Source: a virus
Lineage: Duplodnaviria; Caudoviricetes
Virus record (IMG/VR): IMGVR_UViG_2595698451_000001
Span: 91,632-155,631 of that record
Direction: 5' to 3' (one strand)
DNA: 64,000 bases
Positions 40,977 to 52,450 of the stretch are shown here, in pieces; the first letter of the stretch is position 1, and every line of letters starts with the position of its first letter. The notes under the pieces were generated by a model. That model saw only the letters and a list, made by a program, of their open reading frames with translations, was not told the origin of the DNA and did not search any database. A program made the translations under genes and the position numbers.

Positions 40977-43197
40977 TCCAAGTTACCAGAACATTTCCAA
41001 TTACTTTGTGGAGACGCAGGAGGTGAGTACAGGGCTTTCCCGGGTCATAAAGGAAGTAACAGATTCTCTGTTTGGAGTAGAGGTCATAATGTCTTCAGGG
41101 GTGACCACTAAGTTTCTCATCACCCCTCCTCATGTTCGATTAGGAGAAGATGCCTCAAGCTTTCGAGAATCATCTGTGAGAGGTTTTACGTTCTATGAAG
41201 GGTATTTATCTCGTCCACACTTTCTACCGCTGTACGGAGCTAATAAGGGGCAATTTTTAAGTGATCTGGAGGACATTGCTTTGTACAATGGAGAGCGGTT
41301 GTGTATACAGCTGCTCTTTAAGAAAAAGTTCCATTGGAAAGAGAAAGCCTTAGACATGTATGCAAGTTACTTAGAAGGGAACGACTACCCGGCATCATCT
41401 AGAATCGGCAGACTCATTCAGGAGAAAACGTTGTCTGTACTGAATCGGGTGGCTTCTTTTGAATCGGTAAATGAGTACGTGCCGGAAGTGGAGGAGAAGT
41501 TACTTAGGGATGGCTTCCAGTTTCAAATGAGGGTAGCAATGCAATCCGAGCGAGAAGACTACTTAAAGAGCAGGGTCACTCAGGTATTGCGGGCTTACGA
41601 TTCCCATAATTCTATCCGGTTGTATAAACAAAAGCATAAACAAACCGAGACTCGATATGAAACCTGCATTATGACATCGGAGACAGGAGACCAGATAATA
41701 AGTACAAAAGAACTCTTCTCCTTATTAGGAAGCCAACACGTAGTAGCTCCCCAGACAGCCCCTGTTTCCTTATCTACACCGACAGTTACGAAAGAAATTA
41801 TTAAGCTGCTGCCGGAGCATCACAGAGAGGAAGTCCATGCAGATGAGAGCCTCGTAATGAACATAGCTGAAGCACTGAAGCGGGTAGGGCTGATTAAAAT
41901 GGCACGAGTCTACAATGAGTCTGTAACAGCAGGTATTCGGTTAACTGTAGTTCAATGCGACATCCCTAAAGGAAAGAACCTGAGTCATATTGTACAAAAA
42001 GGCAAGGACATACAGGCAGCGCTAGGTGTTCCGTCATTAGGAGTTGAGCAAGGAGATACTGCTGACACAGTTAAGTTTGTCATTCCGAATAATCAACCTG
42101 CTATCATCAGCCTTAGAGAACTGATTGGCACAGCCAACTTCCAAGAGTACAGTAAGAACAATGAACTAGCCTTTGCTGTAGGTGTGGACGAAGTGAACAA
42201 CCCAATTTATTTATCACTGGCTAAGCTTGTTCATCTCATGGTAGCGGGAACTACCGGAAGTGGTAAGTCCGTGTTCCTAAATTCGATGATCACTACGCTG
42301 CTGGTCAGTTACCCTCCTGATAGGTTACGGATGACGCTGATTGACCCTAAGCAAGTAGAGCTACAGCAGTACAAGGGATTCCCTCATGTAGACGATGTGG
42401 TCACAGACATGGGAGGTGCTGCACAAGTATTAGAAGACCTTGTTATGGAAATGGAGAAGCGGTACAAAACATTTAAAGATAACGATGTGAAGAACATTAC
42501 TCTGTATAACCAGAAGTCAAGTACACCTATGCCTTATACTGTCTGTGTTATAGATGAGTATGCGGACCTTGTGGACACGAATAAGGAAGTCGAAGAATAC
42601 ATTGCTCGCTTGGGGCAGAAGGCACGGGCAGCAGGTATTCACCTAGTCATCGCCACTCAGAGACCGAGTTCGAACATTCTTAGCGGTAGGATCAAAGCAA
42701 ACATCCCGAACGCCATTAGCTTCAACTTAAACACCAGCGTCAATTACAGAACTGTTTTTGGTACGACTATCCCTTATACTGGGTTGTTAGGTAAAGGAGA
42801 CGGAGTAATGAAGATTGAGGGATACCCTAAAGAGTTCCAACGTTTCCAGAGTGCTATAATTGCCCCGGATGAGGCGGAGGAGGAGAAAGTATACAAAGAC
42901 CTTATTGACTACTATGGGGGAGCTGAAGTTTCTCCAGAGGCAGAGGAGGTACCGGAACAGCCGGAACAAGAACCTGAAATTGAGGATGACCACCTATACC
43001 GACTAAAGCAAGTAATAGCTACTACAGAGGAAACCAGAGTAGAGCCACTTAGGAAAGCATTAGGTGTGAAGACTGCAAAGATGAAGGAACTCATGGGTAA
43101 ATTAGTGGAAGAGGGTTGGCTTGTTAAGCACAAGGAGCGGTCTAAAGGTTACGAGCTGGTCTGTCCTGAGTCAATCTTATCAGAATGGAGAGAATAA
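40963..43197 (+). CDS. FtsK/SpoIIIE-family DNA translocase
   Basis: HLMVAGTTGSGKS, IDPK, VIDEYADL, ARAAGIHLVIATQRPS, LLGKGD; C-terminal winged-helix-like domain. Confidence 0.93.
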   Translation: MLKVNPSYQNISNYFVETQEVSTGLSRVIKEVTDSLFGVEVIMSSGVTTKFLITPPHVRLGEDASSFRESSVRGFTFYEGYLSRPHFLPLYGANKGQFLSDLEDIALYNGERLCIQLLFKKKFHWKEKALDMYASYLEGNDYPASSRIGRLIQEKTLSVLNRVASFESVNEYVPEVEEKLLRDGFQFQMRVAMQSEREDYLKSRVTQVLRAYDSHNSIRLYKQKHKQTETRYETCIMTSETGDQIISTKELFSLLGSQHVVAPQTAPVSLSTPTVTKEIIKLLPEHHREEVHADESLVMNIAEALKRVGLIKMARVYNESVTAGIRLTVVQCDIPKGKNLSHIVQKGKDIQAALGVPSLGVEQGDTADTVKFVIPNNQPAIISLRELIGTANFQEYSKNNELAFAVGVDEVNNPIYLSLAKLVHLMVAGTTGSGKSVFLNSMITTLLVSYPPDRLRMTLIDPKQVELQQYKGFPHVDDVVTDMGGAAQVLEDLVMEMEKRYKTFKDNDVKNITLYNQKSSTPMPYTVCVIDEYADLVDTNKEVEEYIARLGQKARAAGIHLVIATQRPSSNILSGRIKANIPNAISFNLNTSVNYRTVFGTTIPYTGLLGKGDGVMKIEGYPKEFQRFQSAIIAPDEAEEEKVYKDLIDYYGGAEVSPEAEEVPEQPEQEPEIEDDHLYRLKQVIATTEETRVEPLRKALGVKTAKMKELMGKLVEEGWLVKHKERSKGYELVCPESILSEWRE

Positions 43198-43304
43198 AAT
43201 TGAGTTATTTTGCATAAAGGGGTTGACTTTCAGTCAGCTCCTTTTTATACTGTGTATAGAAGCTGTAACAAAGGCTATAAAATACAGAGCAGGGAGAGAT
43301 TACA

Positions 43305-46300
43305 ATGATTTCAGAACCGCAAGTACACATGTACATGAGTGAAAAGGAGTTCGATAGGCTCGTAGCGGGGGAGACTGCTTATGGGTACTCTGAGGGTTTT
43401 ACCGAGTACAACATCCATGTGAGCGTACCTATACGTTTTGTAGAGGCAGTCACAGATGTTTCTGAGAGTGGCAACCTGTATTATGAATACTACGTAAAAT
43501 ACAAGGAGGGCAAGTAACATGGTTGAAAAAGTAACGATTGAGATCACAGGAGAAAAAGCAGTAGTAAGGCTTCTAGACGGATACGGTAAAGAACTAAACC
43601 ACGCAGTAACAGTACCTGAAGAACGAGGACTTGTTACTAGGTATGCAAAAGAACCGTTTGATGAGATGGACGAGGAGGTCCTACCTGAAGAATTGGGGGA
43701 AGCTCTGGATAGCGGGTTTTTCGTTGAGGAAGTTCTCTGGGCGTTAGAGGAGCTACAATAAACTTATGGTATACTAAAAACTCCAGATTAACTAAACGGA
43801 AGCGGAGTTGAAATAATGTTTTACTTTTACATTCTACAGATGGCATTTTGGGGTGCATGCGTGTACCTGTTCATTATAGACATTATTTTTAAGCGAGGTA
43901 CGCTACTTGACTATTACGGGGATGCTGCTCTCCTGACATTAGGGTTTTATCTTATTTGGAGGTTAAACCCTGTGTTCTGGGAGCTGGTTGAGAAATTTAA
44001 AAACAAGTGGAAAAGAAAATAAGGAGGAGTGCTGCTGAATGAAGTCATTGAGAGCGAGAGCAATGCTTAAGTCATTAGGATTTATTAAAAAAGCAAACGG
44101 ACACTACGTTAAGAATGAGGAATGTACTTGGTGTGAGGGTCTTGACTCTACGGATTGCTGGGTGTGCCAAGGATCAGGGGAGTCTACTAGCTGGCTTATC
44201 TTGGACCAGTTTAAGGAAGTTATTAGAGATAGTGGTTACCACACCACAGTTGCGCCTTGCGAACATTGCGGAGAAGTAACTCAGATAGATTATGATTACT
44301 GGTGCTGTGGTGGGTACTTATGTGAATGTATGGGAGAGCGTATTAGCTACGCAGTATGTAACACCTGTAAGGAATGTGTTAATAAAGGGGAGACCGTCTA
44401 ATGAAAGCCGTTAAGATTACCACAGTTCAAGGAACTAAGAACCAACCCTCTTTCTTTATTGAGGACACAATATACGAGGAGCAAAAACGGAAGGTAGCCG
44501 CCGCAGCAGAGGTTATAGACAGGCTAAACAAGGAGGTTAAGTCATGATACCTATTCGAGTATGGGACCAACAAAACCATATGATGCATTATCTATCAGAT
44601 GATCCTGTGGCACTTACAGTTACAATATCTGATGATTCTTGGTTCCTAGGTCATGGACATTATGGTCTTGTAACAGACTACAACTCAGGAGCCCTAATGC
44701 TGGGAACAGATCAGTTTGACACTGGGGACAGAGAGTTAACTAAAGGGGACCGTATCTACGCTAACGACATCGTTTTGCAGGAAGAACAGGCACCGGGGAA
44801 CCCTACAGGTATCCTTAAGATTGTAGGTATTGTGAAGATGCTCGATGGGGCATGGGTTATAGATACTGGGAGCGAGGCTGTACCTTTGTTCTCAGAGACA
44901 GCTACAAATACAATTCTAGGGGACGTGTTCACCACCCCTTACTTAACGGAGGCACTAGGATGCGAAAGACAACAAAAATACAGTTGATGTATACTGGTAC
45001 TCTTGCAGCTATAACTCTTCTGTTCCACGTAATATACTATCAGGTTACAGGAGAGGTTAAGGAGAACGCTATAGCGCCTAACATACTTTGTATAATCGTG
45101 TACTATATAGCCTTAGGTGTTGGGTTAAATGAAGGGAGAGCTATGGGGTATAACGAATGCGTAAAGCACTTAGAGGAAAGGTTCAAAAAGAGATAAACCT
45201 ATCAGGATGGAGTGGGTACTATGGAAAAAATAAAACTGACTAGACAACTAGCAGACCTTCTTGAAGCGCAGCTCGCTGAGGTATCAATACACATTAACAG
45301 TAAGGACCATGAAGACATAAGTCACTTCCTTATCACCACTATGTTTAGCTACGAGCAAAGACCTAAACGTTATAATAAATTCTTCAGTGGGGCATACACA
45401 GACTTGCTCTCTAGTCTAGGAGATATGAAGTATATAGATGCCTTACGAGTAGGTTATGAAATAGAGACTACTCTAGAAGAGGAGTATACTGAGGCTTGGG
45501 AGCGGCAGGCAGAACACTTCCAGAAAAAATTGAAGCAAGAAGCCACCCTCCCTAATTCGAAAGAGTATTGGTACTACAAAGGTAGACGTGACGAAGCTCT
45601 AGAATCTTTAGAAACCTTTAAAACGTACCTAAAACAGAAAGATGAGCGGGGGAGCTCCGAATGAGGCTCTTGTTTAAAGATCGCTTCTGTAACATCGTAT
45701 ACGCCTGTGGTGGGGTTGCAGCGCTTTTAAATATATTTGTGTTTAAAGGCTCTGTAGAGTATACTTTTATAGCCATCTTACTGTTTATGATGTTCCGTGC
45801 AGGCTACATTTTAGGAGAATACAGTGCGGAAGCGAGGAGAAAGAGAGATGAATAAGTCTGTTGAAGATAAGTTTAGCCACCTCCCGGATGCGGAGAGGTA
45901 CATCTTACACAAATGTCAGGAAGACTTGGATGCAGCCCGAGAGGAGTTTAAAGACCACTGGGTGTCTTGGACTGCTTTAGACGGTACTACTTATGAAGGG
46001 GTTTTCCTATGTGTAGAGTTTGGAGAGTACATCGTTCTCTGCCCTAACGGAGAGTACCGAAATGTCCAAGAGGATACTAAGGGGAAGGTTACAGACCCCT
46101 ACCAACTGCTTCTTGATGAGCTAGAGGAACAAGTGAAGGAGGATAAATGAATGGCACATTATGATGACTTGTATGAGGATATCACAGAAGATGAAATCAA
46201 AGAGAGGATTTCCAATGCTGAGCGTAGAATAGATATGTACAAAGAGAGGGTATCTGAGATGAAGGCAGACCTGAACCGTTATGCCTTACTAAACAAAACC

Positions 46301-46447
46301 TCTAGGGATATTCTACAAAATGCAAAGGAGCAAGATGAATTAGCCATACGGGTTGTACAAACTTCAGTAGAGAAGATGACAAGGATGCTTGAAAGGGTAC
46401 TCAACGGAGAAAAAATACCCCGTATAAATTTTAAATATTACAGTTGA
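43305..46447 (+). CDS. Operon of small hypothetical genes, including a Cys-rich protein (44039-44401) and small membrane proteins
   Basis: sigmaA promoter near 43224; abutting RBS-led ORFs. Confidence 0.65.
44544..44987 (+). CDS. YopX-family protein
   Basis: IRVWD...LMLGT...IYANDIV...ILGDVF pattern. Confidence 0.7.
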   Translation: MIPIRVWDQQNHMMHYLSDDPVALTVTISDDSWFLGHGHYGLVTDYNSGALMLGTDQFDTGDRELTKGDRIYANDIVLQEEQAPGNPTGILKIVGIVKMLDGAWVIDTGSEAVPLFSETATNTILGDVFTTPYLTEALGCERQQKYS

Positions 46448-46535
46448 AGAGTATATTGGATTAGAGATTAGATAGGCAGGCGGTCTTAGTCTTATATTGA
46501 GATAGAGACCGTCTGTAGCAGCAGGAGGGGGATAT

Positions 46536-46781
46536 ATGGATTATAGTAAGCTAACAGACGAAGAGCTCCTTCAGACGGTCTCAGGACTGCATGACGTGGA
46601 ACTGAACGAGGAGTGGCGCCGTAGACACGGGATTAACTTCCCTTATAGACTTGATATCTTTGGTAGGATTCTAAATTGCATGTCCTATCAGATAATGCAA
46701 GACAGTGAGTGTGATAAGTTAATCGTCCAGCAGGCGAATGAAGTTCGTGTCCATAGGCAGTTCACAAACCTTAAATTCTAA
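46536..46781 (+). CDS. Hypothetical protein upstream of an XRE regulator
   Basis: GGAGGGG RBS; upstream hairpin enclosing TCTTATATTG. Confidence 0.7.
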   Translation: MDYSKLTDEELLQTVSGLHDVELNEEWRRRHGINFPYRLDIFGRILNCMSYQIMQDSECDKLIVQQANEVRVHRQFTNLKF

Positions 46782-46794
46782 AGGAGTGGACGAT

Positions 46795-47031
46795 ATGGTA
46801 AGACGTACTTATGACTTTCGAGTGAAGATTAAGGAAGTATTAGGGGAACGTGGGCTAACTCAGAAAGACCTTGCAGAGATGACCGGGATACGGGCTGCGG
46901 CTATTTCTGAGATGGCTCAAGGTACTCGCACAGTAATTAACAAAGTACATCTTTCTAAGATCATGGATGCTCTAGGGCTCACTCGCATAGATGACATCAT
47001 AGAGCTTCATATCGAAGAAATGTTCTACTAG
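46795..47031 (+). CDS. XRE/Cro-family HTH regulator
   Basis: IKEVLGERGLTQKDLAEMTGIRAAAISEM. Confidence 0.88.
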   Translation: MVRRTYDFRVKIKEVLGERGLTQKDLAEMTGIRAAAISEMAQGTRTVINKVHLSKIMDALGLTRIDDIIELHIEEMFY

Positions 47032-49275
47032 GTGTTCCACATAGGAGGAGAGAAGTTGGATTATAAAGAGATGAAAGAGTACATATCCGAGGGTAATGAA
47101 ACTATGTTGTTTGTAGATGGGTTCGATGAAGCCTTACTCGGTCTAGTTAACATTGCTGGACCTAGCGGCTCCTACGAGGCAGCATTGTATGACAAAGACC
47201 TCTGTATTAACATCTTAATGAGAAGAGATGGCATGACCGAAGAAGAGGCAGTCGAATACTTTGAGTACAATATTGCCAATGCTTATGTCGGGAGAGGTAC
47301 TCCTGCATTTGCACGTATTGTACCTATAGAGGAGGTATAAGGATGGATTTTAGAGCTATAAAGGAAAAACTAGCGAATGCGGTGTTTTGTTACAAAGTAC
47401 GGCGTTATGCTAACAGAGACGAGCATAAGGATTGTAACTGTAAGAAACCATAAAGGAGCCCTCAAGGGTTCTTCTACGATATAGGTTACAATATTGACTG
47501 GAGGGTCTTTGAGTTGGCAACAGTAAAAGACGTTATCGCAGAACTAGAAGAACAAATAAAGTATACGGAGAAAGGGGATGGCTACCAAGAGCAGCTGTCT
47601 ACCGCTATCCAGATACTTAAGAACCATGAGGAAGAGAAGGATTAAAAAATCCTTCTTTTTTTTTGCATAAAACTGTAGACAGTGCATAGTCTGTATGTTA
47701 TACTCTGGTTACAGAGTTAAACACCACCAAGATACAATAATATTATAGGAGGAGTACAGATGATCTATGTGAAGAAGTTGAACCTCAAGGAGACACCCAC
47801 AACCCCTGTTATTACAGTGGAGCAAGAGGAGGATTTAAAAAAATTAGTTGAGAAGTTCCCAGATAAGGCGTCCGCAATAAAGCACGTAAATACTAACTAT
47901 GGGATATATCCAATAGGCAAAGGCGAACCCTTTGGAGATTACCTCGGCAGCCTACATGATGTCAATAAAGATATTCTAGTAGAGATTATTGCTACAGGTA
48001 AGTATGCCGTCACACTACGTTTGAAGCTACACTTGAACTCCTTAGGCAGAAAGCAGAGGGGGAGTTAAAACAAAAGTTGCACCCTAAGGAGTGTAAGTTC
48101 ATCAGAGGAAGGGCTGAAGGGTCTTAGACTAGCAAAGGAAGCACTCCAAGAATATCTGGCGCAGAATGTCGTATTAGAACATTACTTTGATATTACGCAT
48201 GATACTGAAGAAGGACAAATGCATTCTTGCTCCTAAGCATGGTACGGACATTACAGTAGGGAATAACAACACCGTGACTATCAATCTGAAATACTTTTGG
48301 TATAGACCAGGACGCTGAGTAAGGGAGGTACTATGAACGCACTAACAAAGAGACAGCTGGCTGTACTGGTAGGAGCTATGATAGACTCGCTAGCAGCTAG
48401 CATCAGTTCTAAGCCAGAGAGCGCACCTAAATTGGAAGATTTAAAAAGACTACCTGAGTGCGTTGAGCTTATTACTAGTATGCAAGGTGTTCCGTTTACA
48501 GAATTTGAAGAGCTGTGTAACCTTTTGCTAGACATGTATAATGCAGAAGGACGGACGGAAGAGGAGCTGGACTTAATGAACCAGCCCCCTTCTAGCCCGT
48601 ACATACACTAAGAAAGGATGATATAAAATGACACAATACAAACAATTCGAATATGACAGCATGACATACCATACGGGAGCACGAGGGTTTTCGTTCTTCT
48701 TCAGAGGAGAGACATACTTTAACTTTGTAGACGCTCTAAACATTTTAGGTAAAGAGGGTTGGGAACTTGTGATGTTAGACCGGGGAGACTATATCCTTAA
48801 ACGTGAGATTGTAGGAGGAGAAGCGTAATGAATAAAAAAGAGTGTTAAGCAGCAGACCAGCGTTGGGGCTTATTCAACATAGCCGGACCGATACCAAAAT
48901 GGATAATTTTTTCAGAGGGAGGTAAATAATATGCCAAACTTAAACGGATCGAATTGGGTTAGACAGGTACCGAAGTTTACTCATAGCCAAGTAGAGGCAT
49001 TAAAACTGTTAAGCCTAGGGTCTATCGACTCACAGTTAGAGAACCTAGAGAATCATGGAGAATGGAGATTCGATTTTAAACCACTCAATAATAAACCCCT
49101 TTCAGACATCCTGTACACACTAGCTACTGGGGAGTATGATTTAGACATTGACGAACATGAGCAATATCTTATGAACATGGTAGACCACTGGCATACAAGG
49201 GACACTCTTTTATATTACGAGATGAAAAAAGTTTTAGAAGAGTACCGATTATTCCAGAAGCAAGCAGAGGAATAG
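47032..49275 (+). CDS. Small hypothetical genes (47032-47340, 47760-~48237, 48333-48611, 48628-48828, 48931-49275)
   Basis: RBS-led ORFs; one frameshift near 48020. Confidence 0.6.
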
Positions 49276-49296
49276 AGCTACGCTTAGTAGCTCCCT

Positions 49297-49908
49297 GTGC
49301 TGCTACTGAAAGGGGTGGAGAAGCTGGCAAAGACAGAACTTACAACTACACTAGAAAGAATGATCTATGCCAACACCTGCAAGATAGGGGTGTTTGGCTG
49401 CTTTGAAGTAACCATAGGTATGGGTGGTAGTGAGCGGGTAGATTATATCACTTACGACACAAAAGGGATATGGCGCTGCTATGAAATCAAGGTGTCAGTA
49501 GCCGACTTTAGGAGTACAGCTAAGAAGACCTTCTGTGGTCATTATAACTACTATGTGATGCCTAAGGAGCTTTATGATAAAGTAAAAGATGAGGTACCTG
49601 CACATATAGGAGTTTATATTGATGGTAGATACTCCATTAAGAGAGCTAAGAAGCAAGAGTTATCCGTAGACGAGCAGGTACTTAAAGACTCTCTTATTCG
49701 ATCTCTATATAGGGAAGCGGACCGGGTGTTTAAGAGTCAGAACCCTAACATTGTTGCTGCTTTGAAGAATCAAGTAGAGCGGCTGAAGAAGGAAAAGTTT
49801 GAAAATTATTTAAACTACCGCAACTTACAACAAGAGGTCGTACAAAAGTTTGGTATACGGTGGCGTGAGTATGGGGAAGAGTTCAAGCCACAAGACGAGA
49901 AGCTATAA
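49297..49908 (+). CDS. MmcB-like PD-(D/E)xK nuclease
   Basis: FEV..RVDYI..CYEIKVSVADF. Confidence 0.7.
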   Translation: MLLLKGVEKLAKTELTTTLERMIYANTCKIGVFGCFEVTIGMGGSERVDYITYDTKGIWRCYEIKVSVADFRSTAKKTFCGHYNYYVMPKELYDKVKDEVPAHIGVYIDGRYSIKRAKKQELSVDEQVLKDSLIRSLYREADRVFKSQNPNIVAALKNQVERLKKEKFENYLNYRNLQQEVVQKFGIRWREYGEEFKPQDEKL

Positions 49909-50012
49909 GGACGCTGTTTAAGGGAGGCTCTAATTAAGGAGACAGTTAAAGATAGTTAAGCCGCATTGAAGGACCTTTCGGATACAGAGCCTTCAGGGGA
50001 GGAGAGCATTTA

Positions 50013-51518
50013 ATGAACAAGGAAATTCAATTTTTAAAAGACCTACAGCAAGAGTTAAAGACACAAGACAATGACTGTCAAGCAGCTCCGAGGTTTTGGA
50101 CTCTAATGGACTATCGGTGGGTTGAGACTTCCCCTGATGAGTATGAGAGAATATCAATTGTCTTCCCTGAAGAGTATGAGGATCATGTTTTAGACGATCT
50201 AGTCAGCGATATCATTAACTATAATCCTGACTGTTCGTATTGCTACACAGTCGACCACGATGCTATTGATGACTTGCGAGAGCTGGTGGATTACTTCATG
50301 ACCGATGAGGATGAGCTGCTGAAGTGGTTTCAAACTAACATCGACAGCGTAGCGTAGCGTATCTTGTCTATACAAAAGAAGAAGAGTTTATTGTCCCTAA
50401 CACTATGTTCCTTACAAAACAAGAGGCTAAGAACCATATTAAACTTAACCATTACCACTACACTAGCAAGGTACACACATATGCTATGACAGCTTGGAGA
50501 GCACCTAAAGTAGAAAGGCTGCTGAACATTTTGGAGAACTTTGACTGGGACTCCTTAGTAACTCACTAGAAGGGGAAGAAAGCTAATGACAACTGAGAGT
50601 TATATCGTTAAACGAAGTACAAGGGACATGATAATGGAAGAAATCCAAGAGGAGTATAGTCTAAGCGAGGTTACTTAAAGAGTATTCCTTTGGATCGTGC
50701 TATAGCGGTTATTAAACGCTACTAAACCTTAGTAGCTCATTGGATTAACTATAAACGAGAGGTGGAAACGACTATGCGAGCATTCAGAGTGACCTATGAT
50801 GTTGAGGGTAGTTCAGGCAACCAAGAGGTTCTACTGGGTTACTTCCCCTATTCCACGCCAGAGGTAGACTTAGCATCTCCATTAAGCCAAAAAGACCCGA
50901 AGTTTAACCCGGACTCTCCTTTTTGTAAGATTACAGAGCAAAAGGAGATATCAATGGATCAAGTGAGAATTACAGACTTGTCAACTAGAGAACTACGGAT
51001 AGTTCTTGGTATTTAAACAGGAGAGAGGGGAGGTACAGCAATGGAACTTGATTTAAAATGGAGTTGCCCTTGTGGTAAGGAGAACATAACTACTTTGGAT
51101 CATCTGAAGAGAATCGGACCCTCCCACACAGGAACTAGATGTCCTGCATGTGGGAAAAAGAAGATGGTAAGCATCAAAATAGAGGTTGAAGACTACTCCG
51201 AATGGATGTCTAAGAACCTTATACCTTAGTAGCTCACTGGATCGAACTTGATCGGGGGTGTCATAGATGGACATAGGCATAGAGAACCAGATTACTCAAA
51301 AAGTTAGGGAGTATGAACTATGGAGGGGAAAGCTTCCAGAAAGGGTAGTCATAAGTAGGGCTGTGAAAGAACTGATTGAGGTTCAGCAATCTGATCGAGG
51401 TAGGCTCACTCCCCTCCCTATGATCGGTAAGCTAACATATAACTTCATTTATCAGGATGGCACCGTGTTAGATGTGATCGTGTTAGATCATAACGGGTTC
51501 GTTATACTTGTAGGGTAA
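50013..51518 (+). CDS. Hypothetical genes (50013-~50590 frameshifted, 50762-51016, 51041-51229, 51267-51518)
   Basis: RBS-led ORFs separated by TAGTAGCTC repeats. Confidence 0.65.
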
Positions 51519-51576
51519 GTGACTAAATCACTAGTAGCTCCCTGTATAGGGTTCAATCGAAGGAGGAAATGTTAAT

Positions 51577-51979
51577 ATGAAAAAGAAAGCTTGTAACGTT
51601 GTTTGTAGGTCTTGCGGCAATTATCTCACTGGCAGGCTGCTCTTCAGAATCAGATGTTGTATCAGAAAACCTGTCAAAATCTGCTGATTCATTCGAAGTG
51701 CAGCGGAGAGTAGTATTCTTTAACGGAATCACAGACAAGTACCTATTGACTATTGAGGGGCTTTGTGCGCTAGACACTAGTAGCTCAAAGAAATTAACTG
51801 TCACTTGTAAAATTGGAAAAGATCAGTACAAGAAGCACTACCTTGGACTAAGTGACAATGTTAGTTACTTTGTAGAGCAGACAGACGCTAAGTATGAGGA
51901 TGCTTTCCACTACAAGGTGCTATTCCGTCCAGAGCAGATTGTCCCAGACATTGACCTACAAACAAGTAAAGGGAAGTAA
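51577..51979 (+). CDS. Phage lipoprotein (extra A near 51582)
   Basis: AAGGAGG RBS; MKRKLVTLFVGLAAIISLAGC lipobox once the indel is corrected. Confidence 0.75.
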
Positions 51980-52151
51980 AAACCTTAGTAGCTCACTGTA
52001 CAGACCTTGATTGACCTTAGTAGCTCACTGGATAGGGGTCGATTGAGGTCTTTTTCATATTTTCAAAAGAAAAAAAAATATTAAAAAAGGTGTTGACCCT
52101 TCGTCAATATCATTATATACTAGAGTCAAGAAAGCAAGGGAGGGATTAACC

Positions 52152-52328
52152 GTGACACTAAATGAAAAGCGGGAACAAAAGAGAACAAAGAAATACAATA
52201 AACGCATAAAGCTATGTTTTCTCATTATACTATGTGTAATCTGCTACTATGTGGGGTTCGGGCATGGGCAAGCCTCCGCATATTTAAAAAAGCATGATGA
52301 TGTGAACCTAGCCCCCAGATCAAAATAA
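52152..52328 (+). CDS. 58-aa single-TM basic peptide
   Basis: Own promoter at 52093, GGGAGG RBS, GTG start, TM segment LCFLIILCVICYYVGFG. Confidence 0.7.
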   Translation: MTLNEKREQKRTKKYNKRIKLCFLIILCVICYYVGFGHGQASAYLKKHDDVNLAPRSK

Positions 52329-52450
52329 AAAGAGGTACTAACACAAGGTTAGCACCTTCCAAGAAAGGAACTGGTATTCATCCAGTACAATGAGGGCAAG
52401 AGGGCGTTACGTCATACATAAGGAATACGTCAGATGGTTACTAACGCCCT
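52326..52450 (-). ncRNA. Candidate small RNA (~125 nt)
   Basis: Minus-strand TTGACA-17-TATTTT promoter with TG extension, three stem-loops including a terminator with U tail, no RBS-led ORF. Confidence 0.65.

Larger units (their letters stand above)
49285..52046 (+). repeat. Dispersed direct repeat family, core TAGTAGCTC, longer unit about 32 bp
   Basis: Cores at 49285, 50556 (variant), 50730, 51227, 51532, 51778, 51986, 52018; more at 59699, 59714. Confidence 0.9.

Noticed and set aside
36088-43197. Integrated conjugative plasmid or ICE
   Set aside because: No integrase, relaxase, rep, VirB4 or att-like flanking repeats visible; embedded among ordinary phage genes
47664-47706. sigmaE-like GCATA...CATAGTCT
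   Set aside because: Spacing is one base shorter than the other two, and it overlaps a good sigmaA-type TAGACA-17-TATACT promoter that explains the site
50344-50362. AGCGT x3 microsatellite as a phase-variation switch
   Set aside because: Only three units in one hypothetical gene, in an indel-prone sequence; cannot be told from error
49285-52046. CRISPR array from TAGTAGCTC repeats
   Set aside because: Spacing is irregular (32 to more than 1000 bp), the intervals are genes, and no cas genes are present
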